DNA of 64,000 nt from Eledone cirrhosa. Its lineage: Eukaryota. Both the position numbers and the translations under genes were made by a program. The notes beneath the pieces are model-generated. The model searched no databases, had not been told where the DNA came from, and saw only the letters and a list, made by a program, of their open reading frames with translations. The stretch's first letter is position 1; every line of letters starts with the position of its first letter. Below are positions 28,695 to 46,368 of this stretch, one piece after another. Location of the stretch: the NCBI GenBank assembly GCA_964016885.1, contig OZ024741.1, positions 345,960,001 to 346,024,000 of the forward strand, written 5' to 3'.

Positions 28695-29866
28695 TAGGAA
28701 CCAGTAAGATCCCGACGGCTGAGCTCAAGCCGTTTCGACGGCTAATTCTGGGTCCAGAATTAGCCGTCGAAACGGCTTGAGCTCAGCCGTCGGGGTCATA
28801 CTGGTTCCTATTACCCACTCTACTACCCTAAGTATTGAGTACTTTGGTGCGTTATGGTCCACTTGGTTCCTTACCACATTTCCTTCGTTATCTAGCTCCT
28901 ATTCCCGTAGTAGAGCACTTTCCGACCCTACCACGCCGTATCCAGACTTTTCCGCTGAGCTCAATTTCTTTCACCCGCACCATGCGAAAACACAACATCG
29001 ACTTCTCTACCAAGAACATCCCAATCCCACCGAAAAAACTTTACCTTCGGATGCTCACGCAAAAAATCGATCTATTTGCGAAAAGACTTAGATGGAGAAC
29101 TTTTTTCTATGACAGATATTGCGACAACCAGGACTTCGGCACCAAGGAGAGAACGGATTTATTACCTACAAATCTTCCACCCCCCCGAACCCTTTGCTCT
29201 CACCCTTCAAGAATGACCTCTTCCAACTGGTCAAGAACATTAAATTCAAACCCAGACACAACCGATTCCTACAAAAACTCCGTAGCAACTTAACAGAGTA
29301 TGATAACACCAATGACATCATGGTGCATTCGGATAAAACTGGGAACCTATACTTTGTCAACCCTGACAGATACCACACACTGATCAGGAGCAGCCTAAAC
29401 TCCACCTATAAAAAGGCCAACCACTCATGCATCGAGGACATAAATCGAGATGGACAGCAAATTACCTCCAGCCTCGGGGTCGCCGACCGCACGGAACCCC
29501 TAGACCCACGGACACCATACTTCACACTGAAGGACCATAAATCCGATTTTGACCGTAAACCCTCTATCAGGCTTATTAACCCAACGAAGTCCGACATAGG
29601 TAGAATCAGCAAAAAAATCCTAGACGCGTGATACCAAAAGTCAAGCAACACGCCCGACTTAGCCTATGGATCAACACCCAGGAAGTAATCTCATGGTTCA
29701 GCAATATGGAGGATAAACGAGACAAGGGTCCAGAATTAACCGTCGAAACGGCTTGAGCTCAGCCGTCGGGGTCTTACTGGTTCCTATTACCCACTCTACT
29801 ACCCTAAGTATTGAGTACTTTGGTGCGTTATGGTCCACCTGGTTCCTTACCACATTTCCTTCGTTA
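28695..29866 (+). mobile_element. Family A Naiad-type PLE fragment: fold-back, pLTR, ORF N-terminus, direct pLTR
   Basis: Palindrome 28695-28810. Peptides FSTKNIPIP, LRWRTFFY, SDKTGNLY, HKSDFDRKPSIRLINPTKSDIGRISKKILD, then by frameshift LWINTQEVISWF. Second pLTR at 29726-29866. Confidence 0.85.
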
Positions 29867-29966
29867 TATATATATTTATATGTATATCTATCTATATCTA
29901 TATCTATCTATCTATATATCTATCTATCTATCTATCTATATACATATCTTTCTCCCCACCCCCCAC

Positions 29967-30058
<92 letters not shown>

Positions 30059-30065
30059 GTGTGTG

Positions 30066-30110
<45 letters not shown>

Positions 30111-30135
30111 GTGTGGGGGTATATATACATGTATA

Positions 30136-30331
30136 TAGGAAAATGTTCAACCCCGACGGCAGAGCTCAAGCCGTTTCGACGGCTGTTTCTGAGTCCATAT
30201 ATAGCCGTCGAAACGGTTTGAACTCTGCCATCGGGGTTGAAAATTTTTCTATTACCCACTCCACTACCCTAAGTATTGAGTACTCTGGTGTGTTATGGTC
30301 CATCTGGTTCCTTACCACACTCCCATCGTTA
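30136..30331 (+). mobile_element. Solo pLTR family A with fold-back end
   Basis: Palindrome 30136-30251 followed by ttacccactccactaccctaagtattgagtac. Confidence 0.8.
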
Positions 30332-30721
30332 TATACATCTATATATATACATATGAATATATATATACATGTGTATATATAATATATATAATATATATAT
30401 ATAATATATTGATATATATATATATATAGTTGATTCTTAATGCATGTGTCAAACGTCTTCTGATTCCTTGGGATTATCGTATCTGTTGTGAAATTGATTC
30501 TTGTAACAAGTATTTTTTCCTTTACAGTATTGGATATCGATATTGCAACATAGACCACTGTAAAGGAGATCCTCAAGTAATTGTGAATGCTAATCTAATT
30601 TTACAGTGAATATGTGTTCAATTTAGTAGGGTATATATGTATTCTTTTATATATGTAAATGTATTTAAAAGAATATATTACTTTATATTCTACTATAAAC
30701 TTATATGATTCTTCCTTTACA

Positions 30722-30903
30722 TAATTGTTTCTACCTTTGGCACAAGGCCAGAAATTACTCAGTACATTACTGGTACTTTATTTTATCGACCCCCGTAAGG
30801 ATGAAAGGCAAAGTTAATCTTGGTGGGATTTGAACTCAGATCGTAAAGAAACGTAACTATGCTGGAAAGCATGTCCGACCCTCTACCGATACTGCCAATA
30901 CAC
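30722..30903 (-). mobile_element. tRNA-derived SINE
   Basis: Reverse complement of the SINE consensus (gggatttgaactc, ctaccgatactgccaa). Confidence 0.85.
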
Positions 30904-31642
30904 CCTCTTCATAATGGTGAGGATGGATAGTGTTAAGAATATATAAGATGCATAAACCATTTCATAGAAAAATCGAATTGATTCCACGCACGCATACACG
31001 TACAGTCACTCACACACTCATTCACACGCGCGCGTGCACCCCCCCCACACACACAAACATTTACACACACAAACTCATACACACACACACACTCACACAC
31101 ACATACACACACATACACACTCACACACACCCATACATACACACACACACACATTCATAATAATATACAGGCTGTAGTCATTCAAACTCAATTGAACAAG
31201 GTAATTTGTAAAAGACATCATTCTGAAACAAAGCAGACTAACGTCTTAATAAAGGAAACACAGACAGACACATGCATACACACACGCACAGACACACACA
31301 TACATACACACACATCACATACATACACATAGACACACACAGACATCCGCCACACATGCACAAACACACACTCTCACATCCACAAGTTGAACAATTTCAT
31401 TGAAGATAGCGAGAAGCCCGTGTGCGTGACATAGAGAGATAAATACAGAGATATAAACGTTTCCCCAAACAGTTATAGATAATATCTCTAATCAAATGCA
31501 TTTCATATGTAAGTTTACTATCTCTTCGGTTAGACATAGTATATCTACGACAACATTAATTAAACACAGTGGATGTGATTTGGAGGAAACGTGGCTTTTA
31601 TTTCTAGCAGTTAGAGAACTGACGAGTCATTATATTTTAGTG

Positions 31643-32025
31643 CGGGGGATTGGCAGTATCGGTAGAGGGTCGGACGCCTTGCTTTCCAGCATAGTTACGT
31701 TCCTTTATGTTCTGAGTTCAAATCCCGCCAAAGTTAACTCTGCCTTTCATCCTTACGGGATCGATAAAATAAAGTATCAGTAATGCACTGGGTGATTGCT
31801 GGCCTTGTGCCAAATGTAGAAACAATTATTTTTTATCCTGGTCAATTGGCAGAATCGGTAGAGGGTTGGACACCAGGCTTTGCAGTATAGAGTTACGTCC
31901 CTTTACGGACTGAGTTCAAATCCCGCCGAGGTTAACATTGCCTTTCGTCCTTACGGGGTCGATAAAATAAAGTACCAGTAATGCACTGGGATAATTGCTG
32001 GCCTTGTGCCAAAAGTAGAAACAAT
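31643..32025 (+). mobile_element. Two head-to-tail tRNA-derived SINE copies (31643-31828, 31843-32025)
   Basis: Each has tggcag(t/a)atcggtagaggg, gagttcaaatcccgcc and the conserved body. Confidence 0.9.
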
Positions 32026-33671
32026 TTTTATCTCTTATTGTTCTGTTTAGCGTCAATTCTTCAGATCTATTTTTAAAAGATGTTATAATCAATTACTCTC
32101 CCATCAATTTTCTATAGAACATTTCTGTTGCTGAAAAAACTTAGTACACTTAATTTCGATTTGTAGCCGAATGCTTGCACCCCACATGTTTCTCCCTTCT
32201 CTGGAATATATAACTAGAGAAATATATAATTCGCTTTAATCTCCTTGTCACTGTCATGTTTACTGCGTTTCTTTTTACATCTTTTAAAGGAATTTTCGTA
32301 TGTTTCTAAATGTTTCTTAAAATATTATTTAGCCTAGTATTTTTAACGGAATGTTGTGAACTCATTTGAATAGTTGTGTCTTGTTTTAGAACGAGGTAGC
32401 TTATAAAGGGCGAATTAGGAGCATCGTTAGAGTGTCGGACAGCATACCTTGTAAAATTCGTTCCGGCTTTCAGGGCTCTGAGTTCAAAACGAACAAAGAT
32501 TAGGTTTGACTTCAAATCATTCGTAGTTAATAAAAGTTAGGTGATCATAGGGCCAAATATGAGTTTCACTGGATGGAAGAGGATTGCGACCTTTGGCTAA
32601 TACCATCGAATGAATAAAAATATTATTTAATCTACCTACGATATTCGAAACATTGATGCATTTTTTACACCTTGAACATTAAATGTAGTCAATTTTGAAC
32701 GATAAAATTATTTCTGTAAAAATTTGAAGCTAGAAAATTAAATTTGGATTAATTCATAAACATTGCTTTTCCTGAGGTTCCAGAAAGAAATTATTCGTTG
32801 TGAGTAAAATATATTATAAAGAAATCATTCATTCTATCGAACAAAATACAGGATTTTAACTGCATATAATCAGCATACATCCTCTTTGAATTTGATAGTG
32901 CATGATCTATACAGAGTTTTGAACAAAATCATGTATTGGCGCCGTTTCTTATCGAACGATTTTAGTTTGGTCGGATAAGGCAGCAGTTGTCTTCAGACAG
33001 AGTAAAGCGCCATCTCAGCTCTAACAGATATTTATAAGTTAGATATTAACCCACCACCTTGCCTAATGCCTTTTCTTTTTTATTTGATACATATACATTA
33101 TGATAAAATGATATGTACTACATCTATTTTAGTAGTCTGGTTTATTTATAGCGTAAGAAATATAGTATTGCTAGAAAGAGGAATATATAATTGATTAATT
33201 TACCGAAATTGTCATTTCTTTCTTGATTCACTGACTCATTCACTGATTGTTTCATTGAGCGAAAATAAAGCCCACAAAATTCCAGGTGTTCTGGGCGCAT
33301 GTGTGATAATTTTACAAGACGAATATAAGAAAGTTATGAGAAGGAATAGAATGTTTGTACTTTGCTGTATAGAATAGGAAAATTATATTGGAAACATCAT
33401 AAAATGTCCTCTCAGTATATAAATATATCTGGAAGATACGAATATTTGCCAAAAACACAACTCCCACCCCAAACAAAGAAGAAATGAAACAGAGAAAAAA
33501 GCAACAGCAATAAAAAATATGTCAAGAAAAAGCTGTTGTCTGGAGAAACATTGAATGGTAAAGATGAGTCATTGGAAAAAGTATTTGAAATCACCCCCCC
33601 CCCCCAAAAAAAAAAGAAAAAGAAAAATAGACGAATACTTAATATTGGTTGCAGATATAACCTAATCAATA

Positions 33672-33753
<82 letters not shown>

Positions 33754-33930
33754 CACACATACACATATATGTATATATATATATATGTATATATGTATAA
33801 TTATATAATATATATATGTATATGTATGTATATATACATATACATATATTTATATACATATATTTATATACATATATATATGTGTGTGTGTATATATATA
33901 TATATATTTGTATGTATGTATATAGCTATA

Positions 33931-34008
<78 letters not shown>

Positions 34009-34041
34009 TATATATATATGAATATATATATATAGCTATAG

Positions 34042-34084
<43 letters not shown>

Positions 34085-34122
34085 TATTCATATATATATA
34101 TATGTATACATATATATCTATA

Positions 34123-34665
34123 TGGGGTCGTTGGCGACTAAACTGGCAACCCCACCAAGGTTACTTGGTGAGGAGGGTGACTTTGGACATCCTGCAGGAC
34201 TAAAAACAAAACCTGTCAAAGGAGCTCTTAAGAGTCAATGGCCATCCAAAATCACTGGGAGAGATGACCCCTTAGCCTTTGTCAAGGCAGAATTCTAGGA
34301 GAAGGAAAACTCTGATATAACACCTGCAACCCTGATGGTATCCAATGATGTTGATTTGTTCTTCTTTTTGGTAAATATAATCTTGGTTAAGAGAGTGGGA
34401 CTGGCTTTGTGCAGTGTCTTTGCTCACTATAAAAGTTTCATGGCACAGGCATTGCTTTATATCTGGAGATCTCTCTGCACTTGTCTTCACATGGTACCAT
34501 GGGCCCAACACTATGTGTCAATAATTGTCACAAGTGTAGTGTTTGTATCAGAGTTTTCAAGTCGCTGGCTGGACATAAAAGTCACACTCGTTCAGCGCAT
34601 TGGTAGGGTTCTCCTACATGGATATAAAGTAGTGGCCGTACTCGAAAACGAGTTGGCAGCCACCA
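34123..34665. mobile_element. Unclassified GC-richer insert in (TA)n, possibly LINE (RTE-like) 5' region
   Basis: Composition shift between two (TA)n tracts; ctaggagaaggaaaactctga resembles RTE-type leaders; weak. Confidence 0.35.
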
Positions 34666-34796
34666 TATCTATATATATATGTATATAGCGATAGCTATAT
34701 ATATATATTCATATATATATATATATTTATATATATATATGCATATAGCTATATATACATACATACAAATATATATACACACACACACTCAGACAC

Positions 34797-34870
<74 letters not shown>

Positions 34871-35433
34871 TACCGTGTGTGGGTGTAAAGTGCAGTGAGT
34901 GCGTATATGTATGTATGTTTTGTATGTGTGGGTGTGAATTTTAGGCAATTGATTCCCAAGAAAAATAAATTGAATATTTCGAAAATAATGCCATGGGAAG
35001 AACAAATCTATAAGAATAAAATAAAGAAAACATAAATGTCTAACGCAAGAAATAATAACAAAAATAACACATGATTAGTAGCATTTCTAATAATTTCAAT
35101 GAAGCCAAACGGAACAATAACTTTACTAAATAATACATGTACTTGTCAATACATTCCCAACTTTTGCTTTCTCATGTTGGATTTAATAACTCTTATTAAT
35201 CATTATCAATATGATTCAGTTGTAGTTTCATTATTGCCAAAAGAGAAGACTTGTTACACATAAGTTCCACCTGTGTACTCACTGGTGGATATATATTCAT
35301 ATAAATTCATACAAAAGTGCACAGGGAGTCCCACAAGCACATACATCCACTCAATAGTGTAGACGAGTAGAGATATAGATCAATGTATGTATGTATGTAC
35401 ACGCACGCACACTTACAAACGTACACACGCACG

Positions 35434-35543
<110 letters not shown>

Positions 35544-35707
35544 TGCACAGATATATTGTCTATTAAATTTAGATATCTGTTTATATGCTTGATGTATCAA
35601 TACGAATAATTAAATGAATATTGGTTTCTCAAGATAAAAACCCGACATGGACATTTCGTCTCCAACATTTTATACAACAATTAGAAATAAATTATGAATG
35701 GATATTC

Positions 35708-35771
<64 letters not shown>

Positions 35772-37030
35772 GTTTGTGTTTGTGTGTATTTGTGATATCA
35801 ATAAAATTATTGTACACACGATGTATTAATTAGGCAAAACACAAAACACAAAACACACACAAATACATTATATATATTGCAAACGTGGCAACAAGCGCAA
35901 CAATGCCGCTATCATTGGCTGTCGACATGAACATACACAGTTTCGACCTCTACTGACGGTAGTGCTAGTCCATTGAGACTCGTAGTCTCGTAGTTAAACA
36001 GCGTTTCTGTTTTTTTCTCTCCATAGATCTATCCCACCATCTTTGTCACACTTTGCTAGACTTAAATATTTTATATTTATGTATATGCTTATTTTGTCCT
36101 CACCATGAAATTTCACGCAAGTTCTGTTTCGAAAACAAATGAACAAAATCTGAAAAGGAAATAATAGCACTAGTATAATTGCATTAAAATATTATTAGTG
36201 TAACGCTTAAGGAAAACATTATCGATATTTTATTAACGTTTCGGGATAAATCATTCATCATTTCCGATGAATAACCATCTCAATTTTCTTAACGATATTG
36301 CCTACTTAGAACATTTGCCCAGAGATAATAAGGAGAGAAAAATGTGATAGATATCCCTAAACATTCTAGATCTGGAAAAGTTTATAACGGGCGTTTAATT
36401 GTTGAACGAAGCTGCAATATAGTTTAAATTGTATGAACTGTGAGCCGTTAGGATAGATAAATAAGAACAGCTGATTATATATTCTAAGAAATATAACAAT
36501 TTCGTGAAAATGAAATTATAAAAGTAAACTGTTCATCTAGAAAAAAGTGCTTTAAAAAAAGATAAAAAGAAAGCAAAGATACGAAGAAGTGAAGAAAAAA
36601 ATGAAAATATTTCGTAAGCAATTTTGAACTGCTTATTGGAGTAAAAATCCATTAGAAAGATAGTACAAATCATAAAAAAGAAATACTGGAATGATTATAA
36701 ATACAATATACAGTGAGTGAAAAAGCATTGAATCAGAAGGATATAACATTTTCGGAATACGAATAGAGGCGGGGACAACTAATGATAGTACAAGAAAATA
36801 TCGGTGAAAATAGTACATTATCAAATGAAATTAATATGAATGTATTTACGTTAGGTTCATAGACGAGATTAAAGAATATCATAAAAGATAAAAAATATAT
36901 TAAAAATAATATGAGATATATGCTGCTATATTCCATAAAATAGGTTAATCAGATGCATAAATGATTTTATGGAAAGTTGAAGACGTTAGGATATGTTAAA
37001 GATGAAAATTGGTTTGTATTATACAGAGGA

Positions 37031-37217
37031 AGGTGGATTGGCAGTATCGGTAGAGAGTCGGACGCCATGTTTTGCAGCATAGAGATACGGCCCTTTATGA
37101 TCTGAGTTCAAATCCCGCCGAGGTTAACTTTGCCTTTCATCCTTAGGGGGTCGATAAAATAACGTACCAGTAATGTACTGGATAATTGCTGGCTTTGTGC
37201 CAAAAGTAGAAACAATT
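37031..37217 (+). mobile_element. tRNA-derived SINE
   Basis: A-box-like, B-box and conserved body present. Confidence 0.9.
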
Positions 37218-37748
37218 ATATAAAGGAAGAATCGTATAAGTTTATAGTAGAATATAAAGTAATATATTCTTTTAAATACATTTACATATATAAAAGAAAA
37301 CATATATACCCAACTAAATTGAACACATATGTTTCTAATTTAGTAGAACAAAAACGCAGTTTCACAGTTAATTTCACAGTTATTGTATGCAACGTTGAAT
37401 GTATATATGCACATAGTCAGCCAACTCTTAACACATAAATATAGTAGCACAAACATTTGTACATACGACGAAACATAAGCAACATGATGGACAGAAAATT
37501 ACATTTTATGAATGTATATAAAACACAGAAGATGCAATATAAGTAACTGTAACTCTCAAACCATTGTTAAATCTAGGAAACAAAATTACGCCATTTCCTT
37601 AAATATTAAAGATTACTATAGATAATCTGGAAAGTCATATTTTAAAATGTGACATAACTCTTAATTATATCTTTAATCAATCTAATCCGTATAAGATAAA
37701 GGTTAAATTAAACAATTTAGAATATGTTACTAAGACTGTTCATAATAT

Positions 37749-37950
37749 TGATTTCTAGTATAGGCACAAGGTCAGGAATTTTGGGGGAAGGGAAAGTCGA
37801 TTAAATCGACCCCAGTACGTTACATGTGCTTTATTTTATCGACCGCGTAAAAGGCAAACCTCGGCGGGATTTGAACTCAGACAGTAAAGCGGCGTAATTC
37901 TATGCTGCAAAGTATGGCGTCCGACCATCTACCGACACTGCCAACCCACC
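37749..37950 (-). mobile_element. tRNA-derived SINE
   Basis: ggcgggatttgaactcag...ctaccgacactgccaacccacc. Confidence 0.8.
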
Positions 37951-40122
37951 ACCCTAAGACTGTTAATAATATTAACAAACGTATAATATTAATCGTGTAT
38001 GCAAGAAATGCTTTAACTATTATAATGATATTTTACACAGATGTAGTTTGATAATAAATAATTTTTGTTACAGCGGGTGTCACCGGCCATTGTCACTGGC
38101 AATGCTTTTGCGGTCTTGTCCGCTGGGCGTAGCTCCAGCACCGCCACCCCTAGGACTGGAGCCCATCACCCTACCTCTTTCCCTCCTATTCTTCTGTGAC
38201 CCTACAGACTTTGCCCTTCCCTTCATTTTCCGTTTTTAAATATCCGGAGTGTTTTTGTTTTTTCAAATAAATTTGTTTACGATTAAAAATTTAGTAAAAC
38301 ATATTTAGCTGAGAAAAAAAAGCTAAGTGCATAACTAAAGTATATAAAAAACAATCTGGTTTAATCCACCTTAGACATTGCTAACCCATCACTAAAACGC
38401 AATCCCCTACACTAAAGCACTTTCCTGAAAATGTTGTTATAATTGAATTTCTAATAAAAATTGCAATTAAAATCTTGCCTAGTAGGGAGCTTCTAACAGG
38501 TATATGAAATACCTTTTTCTAAAGATCCCATTTTCGATAGACTCTCCAAAACAATTATTTCAGGTAATTATAATTTAATCACAATATTTTTTAAATCATA
38601 CAAATACAATCAACATTTTCACTTTATAATCGAATGCACAACTTTCTTGTTGATTTAATACCGTTTCACAAATTTCACTTCCTCTTTTAATATTTTCCCG
38701 AACACTACTCCTTATTTATATTTCTTTCATTGTTCTAGTATCTGCACTAGAAAATTTGCCTTAATTCCATGTATGTGTTTTCAATATTATGTTTTACTAT
38801 TCTATGCACATGCATAACATAATTTTCTAGCTGTCATGTTTTGGTGTATGTGGAATGGGTTATAATACAAAATCTATCTATAGCTTTATAACATGCTGTT
38901 ATACGTTTTCCGCCTTGGACTTAGTCGCTTCAGCCACCAACCTCAGTACCGCTGCCCTCAATGCCGAGGTTTTCAACAAAAGTCGGAACGTCAGCAACCC
39001 GTCTGAGGAAGGAACCCCACGAGCTTGGGTGGCAGTTGCAGGGGATGTTGCTGGCCGTTCTCGGCGGAAACACCTTTGCGGTTTTGTTCGTAGGGTGCAG
39101 CTAAAACACCACCCCGACCTAGGCGTAGAGTCTATCACCCTCTCCCAACTCACTTCTTCTGTTGCCTAATAGTCTTTGCTCGTTCCTTCCTTTTCTTCTC
39201 ATTTATGGCATTTACAGTACTTTCCTTTACTTTCCTATACACCCAGATCTGCCCTTCAAAACACTTCCCGCATTTTGTTTTCATTACTTAATTTTGTTTT
39301 CATTATTTTTTTTAATATTTCCATGTCTGTAAAGTATAGTTAACGTAATATGTTTATGTATAACAGACATCAAAATAATATAAAATATTGAAAACAAAAT
39401 ACGTCAATTATCTAATGTTATTTATTTGTAGATGTACAATCAATATTTTTACACATTAAGTGCTGTTAATATACTGTTAATCATTTTTTCATATATACTC
39501 CACTGTATTGTATTATGTATTCTCTAGTATTGTATATGTATTTGTATATACGTTTTGTTTATGCAAATGTACACGACTATGGCAAATTTTGACATTGATA
39601 CCTGTATATAATTGTTGTTTGTAGACGAGAGGGGAGGCTGGTATGCATGGGCAACTGCTGGTCTTCCTCAAACAACCTTGCCCGGACTTCTGTGCCTCGG
39701 AGGGAAACTTCCTAGGTGCAAATCGCATGGTCATTCGTGACTGAAGAGGGTCTTCGATGTAGACGAGCATAATATTATATACTATGCCATACGTTCCATC
39801 TTTAATCTTTCATTTTTAATGTTACATAATCTGGAAATTTTCACTTACCATGTAAAGCTTTAAACACACGATTAAACTGAGTTACACATGTATTATGACA
39901 TACGTAGTAGCATATAATTATTTCAAATAGGTTACTCGTACTTGATTCTTTTTCTATATATGCATGTGTACTTTTTAGTGTATATTCCAATACTCTCCCT
40001 TTCGTGCCTAATGTTATATATATGCAAACATACATTCATTCCCGTTCTCATATATTTAATTATGAACAAAGACTTCACCGTTTTTATCATGTATTTCCTC
40101 AAGTTGTTTCTCACCTCTATTA

Positions 40123-40338
40123 TGTGGATTGGCAGTATCGGTAGAGAGTCAGACACCATGCTTTGCAACATAGAGTTACGGTACTTTACAGTCTGAGTTC
40201 AAATCCCGCCTGGGTTAACTTAGCATTTCATCCTTACGAGGTCGATAAAATAAAGTACCAGCAATGAACTGGGATCGATTTAATCAAATTTCCCCTCCCC
40301 CAAAATTGCTGGCTTTGTGCCTATATAAGAAACCATTA
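40123..40338 (+). mobile_element. tRNA-derived SINE
   Basis: A-box-like, B-box and conserved body present. Confidence 0.9.
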
Positions 40339-40933
40339 TTATCATGGACGTTAATAACTGTTACTTTGATCCACAACTTCTCATCTACAGATATATTGTA
40401 TATATCATATGCTCCATATTTTTACGATCCTTACTACCTTTGTAGTGTATCATTTACTAGCAACGAACATTCCGAAATTTCTTATGAAATATCTCACTAT
40501 GTTTCTTCATTATTTTCGATTTGCACAATTTTCCATTTTTCTGATTGCTTATCAGAAGTACGCTTTTCAATTTGTCATCGTACCTTTTTTAAATAGATAA
40601 CAAGTTTATATTTGAATTTTAAAATTTTACTTCGTTTATTTATATTTCACAGATTATTTAATTTACTCATTCCAGTTTTCCATATGATCTTATGGCTTTT
40701 CATGGGTATCTAGATGTCATTATGAGTTTATTTAAAACTTCCACTCCAGCGAAGACTTATAAACACGTTTAATTTCTATTGCAATATTTATTTGCTATTA
40801 AGGATAATATTTTAAAATATATTTTATTAAAAAGTAGTCGTTATTTGTCAAATGAAGAGAATGCCGTGAGGCTGAAATATGTTAAAAAATCTCGATAACA
40901 ACATCGTTTCTCTCTCTCTCTCTCTTCCAATAC

Positions 40934-41043
<110 letters not shown>

Positions 41044-41385
41044 TCTATTCAGGCGGTTTTGTCATTATCTCATAATCCTAGTGTGTAAGAGCTTACCAAA
41101 GGAGCTAAATGAAGTAGAATTGTGTTCCTTGAAAGCATGGAGTTCTTCACAGTATTGCAAGGTAAGCAATTCAGCAAGTAGATAGCGAACTTAATTTTAT
41201 TTCATTTTAACTCACTTCTAGAAGTCTAATACTGTTTCAATCTGGCAGTATCGAAACAGCGCTATTCATATAGAAGCCATTTCTGAAATATACCGGGTTT
41301 GGTTTGGCAAGCGCCATGAGTGCAGGCTAGAGATTGGTTTAGGGTTTTTGGTAAATATTTGTGGACTGATTGGATCAATAACGGT

Positions 41386-41465
<80 letters not shown>

Positions 41466-41490
41466 TACATATATATATGCATACACACAC

Positions 41491-41543
<53 letters not shown>

Positions 41544-41567
41544 CATATATATATATACACACACACC

Positions 41568-41713
<146 letters not shown>

Positions 41714-42525
41714 CATACACACACACACATATATATAGAGAGAAATAGGATTTCGCTTCAAGCATAGCTTTATACAATATGTATAGACATTTCGTATAGA
41801 AATTTGTATAAAGCTATGCTATCCTCTTTCTCTCTCCCCCTTCTCTCTCCATCTCCCTCTTACTTTCATTCACCCCCTCTGCTAGTCACGCTCTCTCGGC
41901 TAGCCTCTTCCTCACACTTTCACTCACTCACTCTCTGCTACTCACCCTCTCTCTCACTTCTTCCATCGTCCCACACCGAGCGTAATTCCTTCCTCGCTTG
42001 CTTTCGCATGGTTGGGATGTGTCTCTCGTCTTCTCGTCAATATTCGCAAGTTCTTGTGTTCAAATGAATCATTGACTTGATTTCCTAAGTTTTTCCTCTC
42101 TTTACGTTGCCTCACCATTCATGTTTGTTTACCTGTTTCTCTTCCTCCACCCAATTCATTTTATCCCAATAACTTATTTTAGCTATTGTCCGCGCTAGCC
42201 TGAGGTATCTGGTCTTTAATGCGAAGAAATACCTATGATGGCTAGTAGGTCACTGATGATGGATAGTCCTATTTCTAATTCTTCATTTTAATTTGTATAT
42301 CACATATGCAACAAGACAGCACGCCATGTTTCATTCCTATATATATATATATATACATACATATATATATATATTTTGCCTACCGCAATGTTCAATTTGT
42401 CAAGCTATTTAAACGTTTTTTATTACTCTAAGGACCTACCCTTATTGAGTGCTTTGTTAACTCATTCCTATTGTAGGTCGACTTTGCTTAGTCACAGTCA
42501 AAGCTTCGATTTTACTAAGCTTCCA

Positions 42526-42584
<59 letters not shown>

Positions 42585-42588
<4 letters not shown>

Positions 42589-42817
42589 GGTGTGAGATGC
42601 TTAAAGCGTCCGTAAGCGGTAGGCCATTTGAGCAATCGATGCTCTTACATTTGGAAACTCTGCTTCGTAGAATCGAGACGTATCTGAGGACCTTGCGATT
42701 TAAAAGTCAGGTTCGATCATTACATCGATCGGGCCTCGAGGTGGTCGCCAGAGAAACGATTGTAATATGTCTAATAAATGTTATTCGTCGCAACACTGAT
42801 TCTCCGTTTCTTATGTG
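42585..42817 (+). mobile_element. Family E repeat with hammerhead at 42677-42771, inside (TA)n
   Basis: gacgtat-CTGAGGA-...-GAAA-cgattg-TA-atatgtc. Its left end (aattggtgtgagatgcttaaagcgtccgta) is the reverse complement of the right end of the 27530-27732 copy. Confidence 0.75.
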
Positions 42818-42876
<59 letters not shown>

Positions 42877-42981
42877 TTTTCGTAGTGTTGTAACATGAAT
42901 ATTACACACAGTTGATGGACAGCTCATGTAGGGTTTGCTCGACGGTTCCAGTTGGAGTTTCAAAGGTAATCCGGAGAAAAT

Positions 42982-45592
<2,611 letters not shown>

Positions 45593-45596
45593 TATA

Positions 45597-45762
45597 TACC
45601 CTATTTCCCGGCGCCGAAGACACATCGTCTTCCAGGACGGACCCTAATTTTGACAACCAAAAATAAAAATAATAAAAAAATGAAAAAACAACCAGGATGC
45701 ATGATAGGTTTTTGAAACTTATTTTCGGAAAAAAATACCGTCTTCGACGACGGGAAAAACCT
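45597..45762. mobile_element. MITE with Tc1/mariner-pogo-like terminal inverted repeats
   Basis: taccctatttcccggcgccgaagac ... gtcttcgacgacgggaaaaacctg imperfect TIRs next to TA. Confidence 0.6.
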
Positions 45763-46325
45763 GCCTAAATGCAAAAACAGAAATTTTCACCAGTTGCCCA
45801 CACATGAAATCACACATGCTTTCCAGCTCATATAAACTTAACTCACTTTCAGATACTTATCCTCCATAAACTCTTGTTCTTCACTTTACTTAAATTACCC
45901 TCTTTACAGACTTCTCTTTCTGATTTACTTTTATTTTTATTTTTAACTTTATTTTTACGTTACATCCACCAGTGACCCCCCCACCCTATTTTTTGATTCA
46001 CTTACTTTATATCTTCACATTTTAAAATATTTTACTTCACCATTTTCTTTCACTACCTGATATCACATGTCACTTGCGTTTTCAACTCCAGATATATTCT
46101 GTTGTCTTTCAGCCGCTTTTATGTATGTTTACTTGCGTATAATTTGTAATCATTTATTCATACGGCTGGTTTTTATATTGTATCTATGCGTGTGAGTGTG
46201 CATGTGTGTGTATGAGTGTTTGTATATGTATACGAATGCATTAGTATGTGCGCGTGTGTGTGTGCATGTGTGTTTTTATATCTATGTTTTTTACATACTT
46301 ATATATATGTGTATGTGGGTATATG

Positions 46326-46368
<43 letters not shown>

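Noticed and set aside
29629-29631. TGA in the Naiad-type ORF as possible selenocysteine codon
   Set aside because: Homology continues in another frame (VIPKVK...LWINTQEVISWF), so it is a frameshift. The 17301 ORF has ordinary Cys codons and no in-frame TGA.
34123-34200. HDV-like ribozyme at a possible RTE 5' end
   Set aside because: Two simple hairpins are visible, but I could not build the nested double pseudoknot.
42255-42280. CTGATGA followed by a small hairpin as an HHR
   Set aside because: No GAAA or stem III follows.
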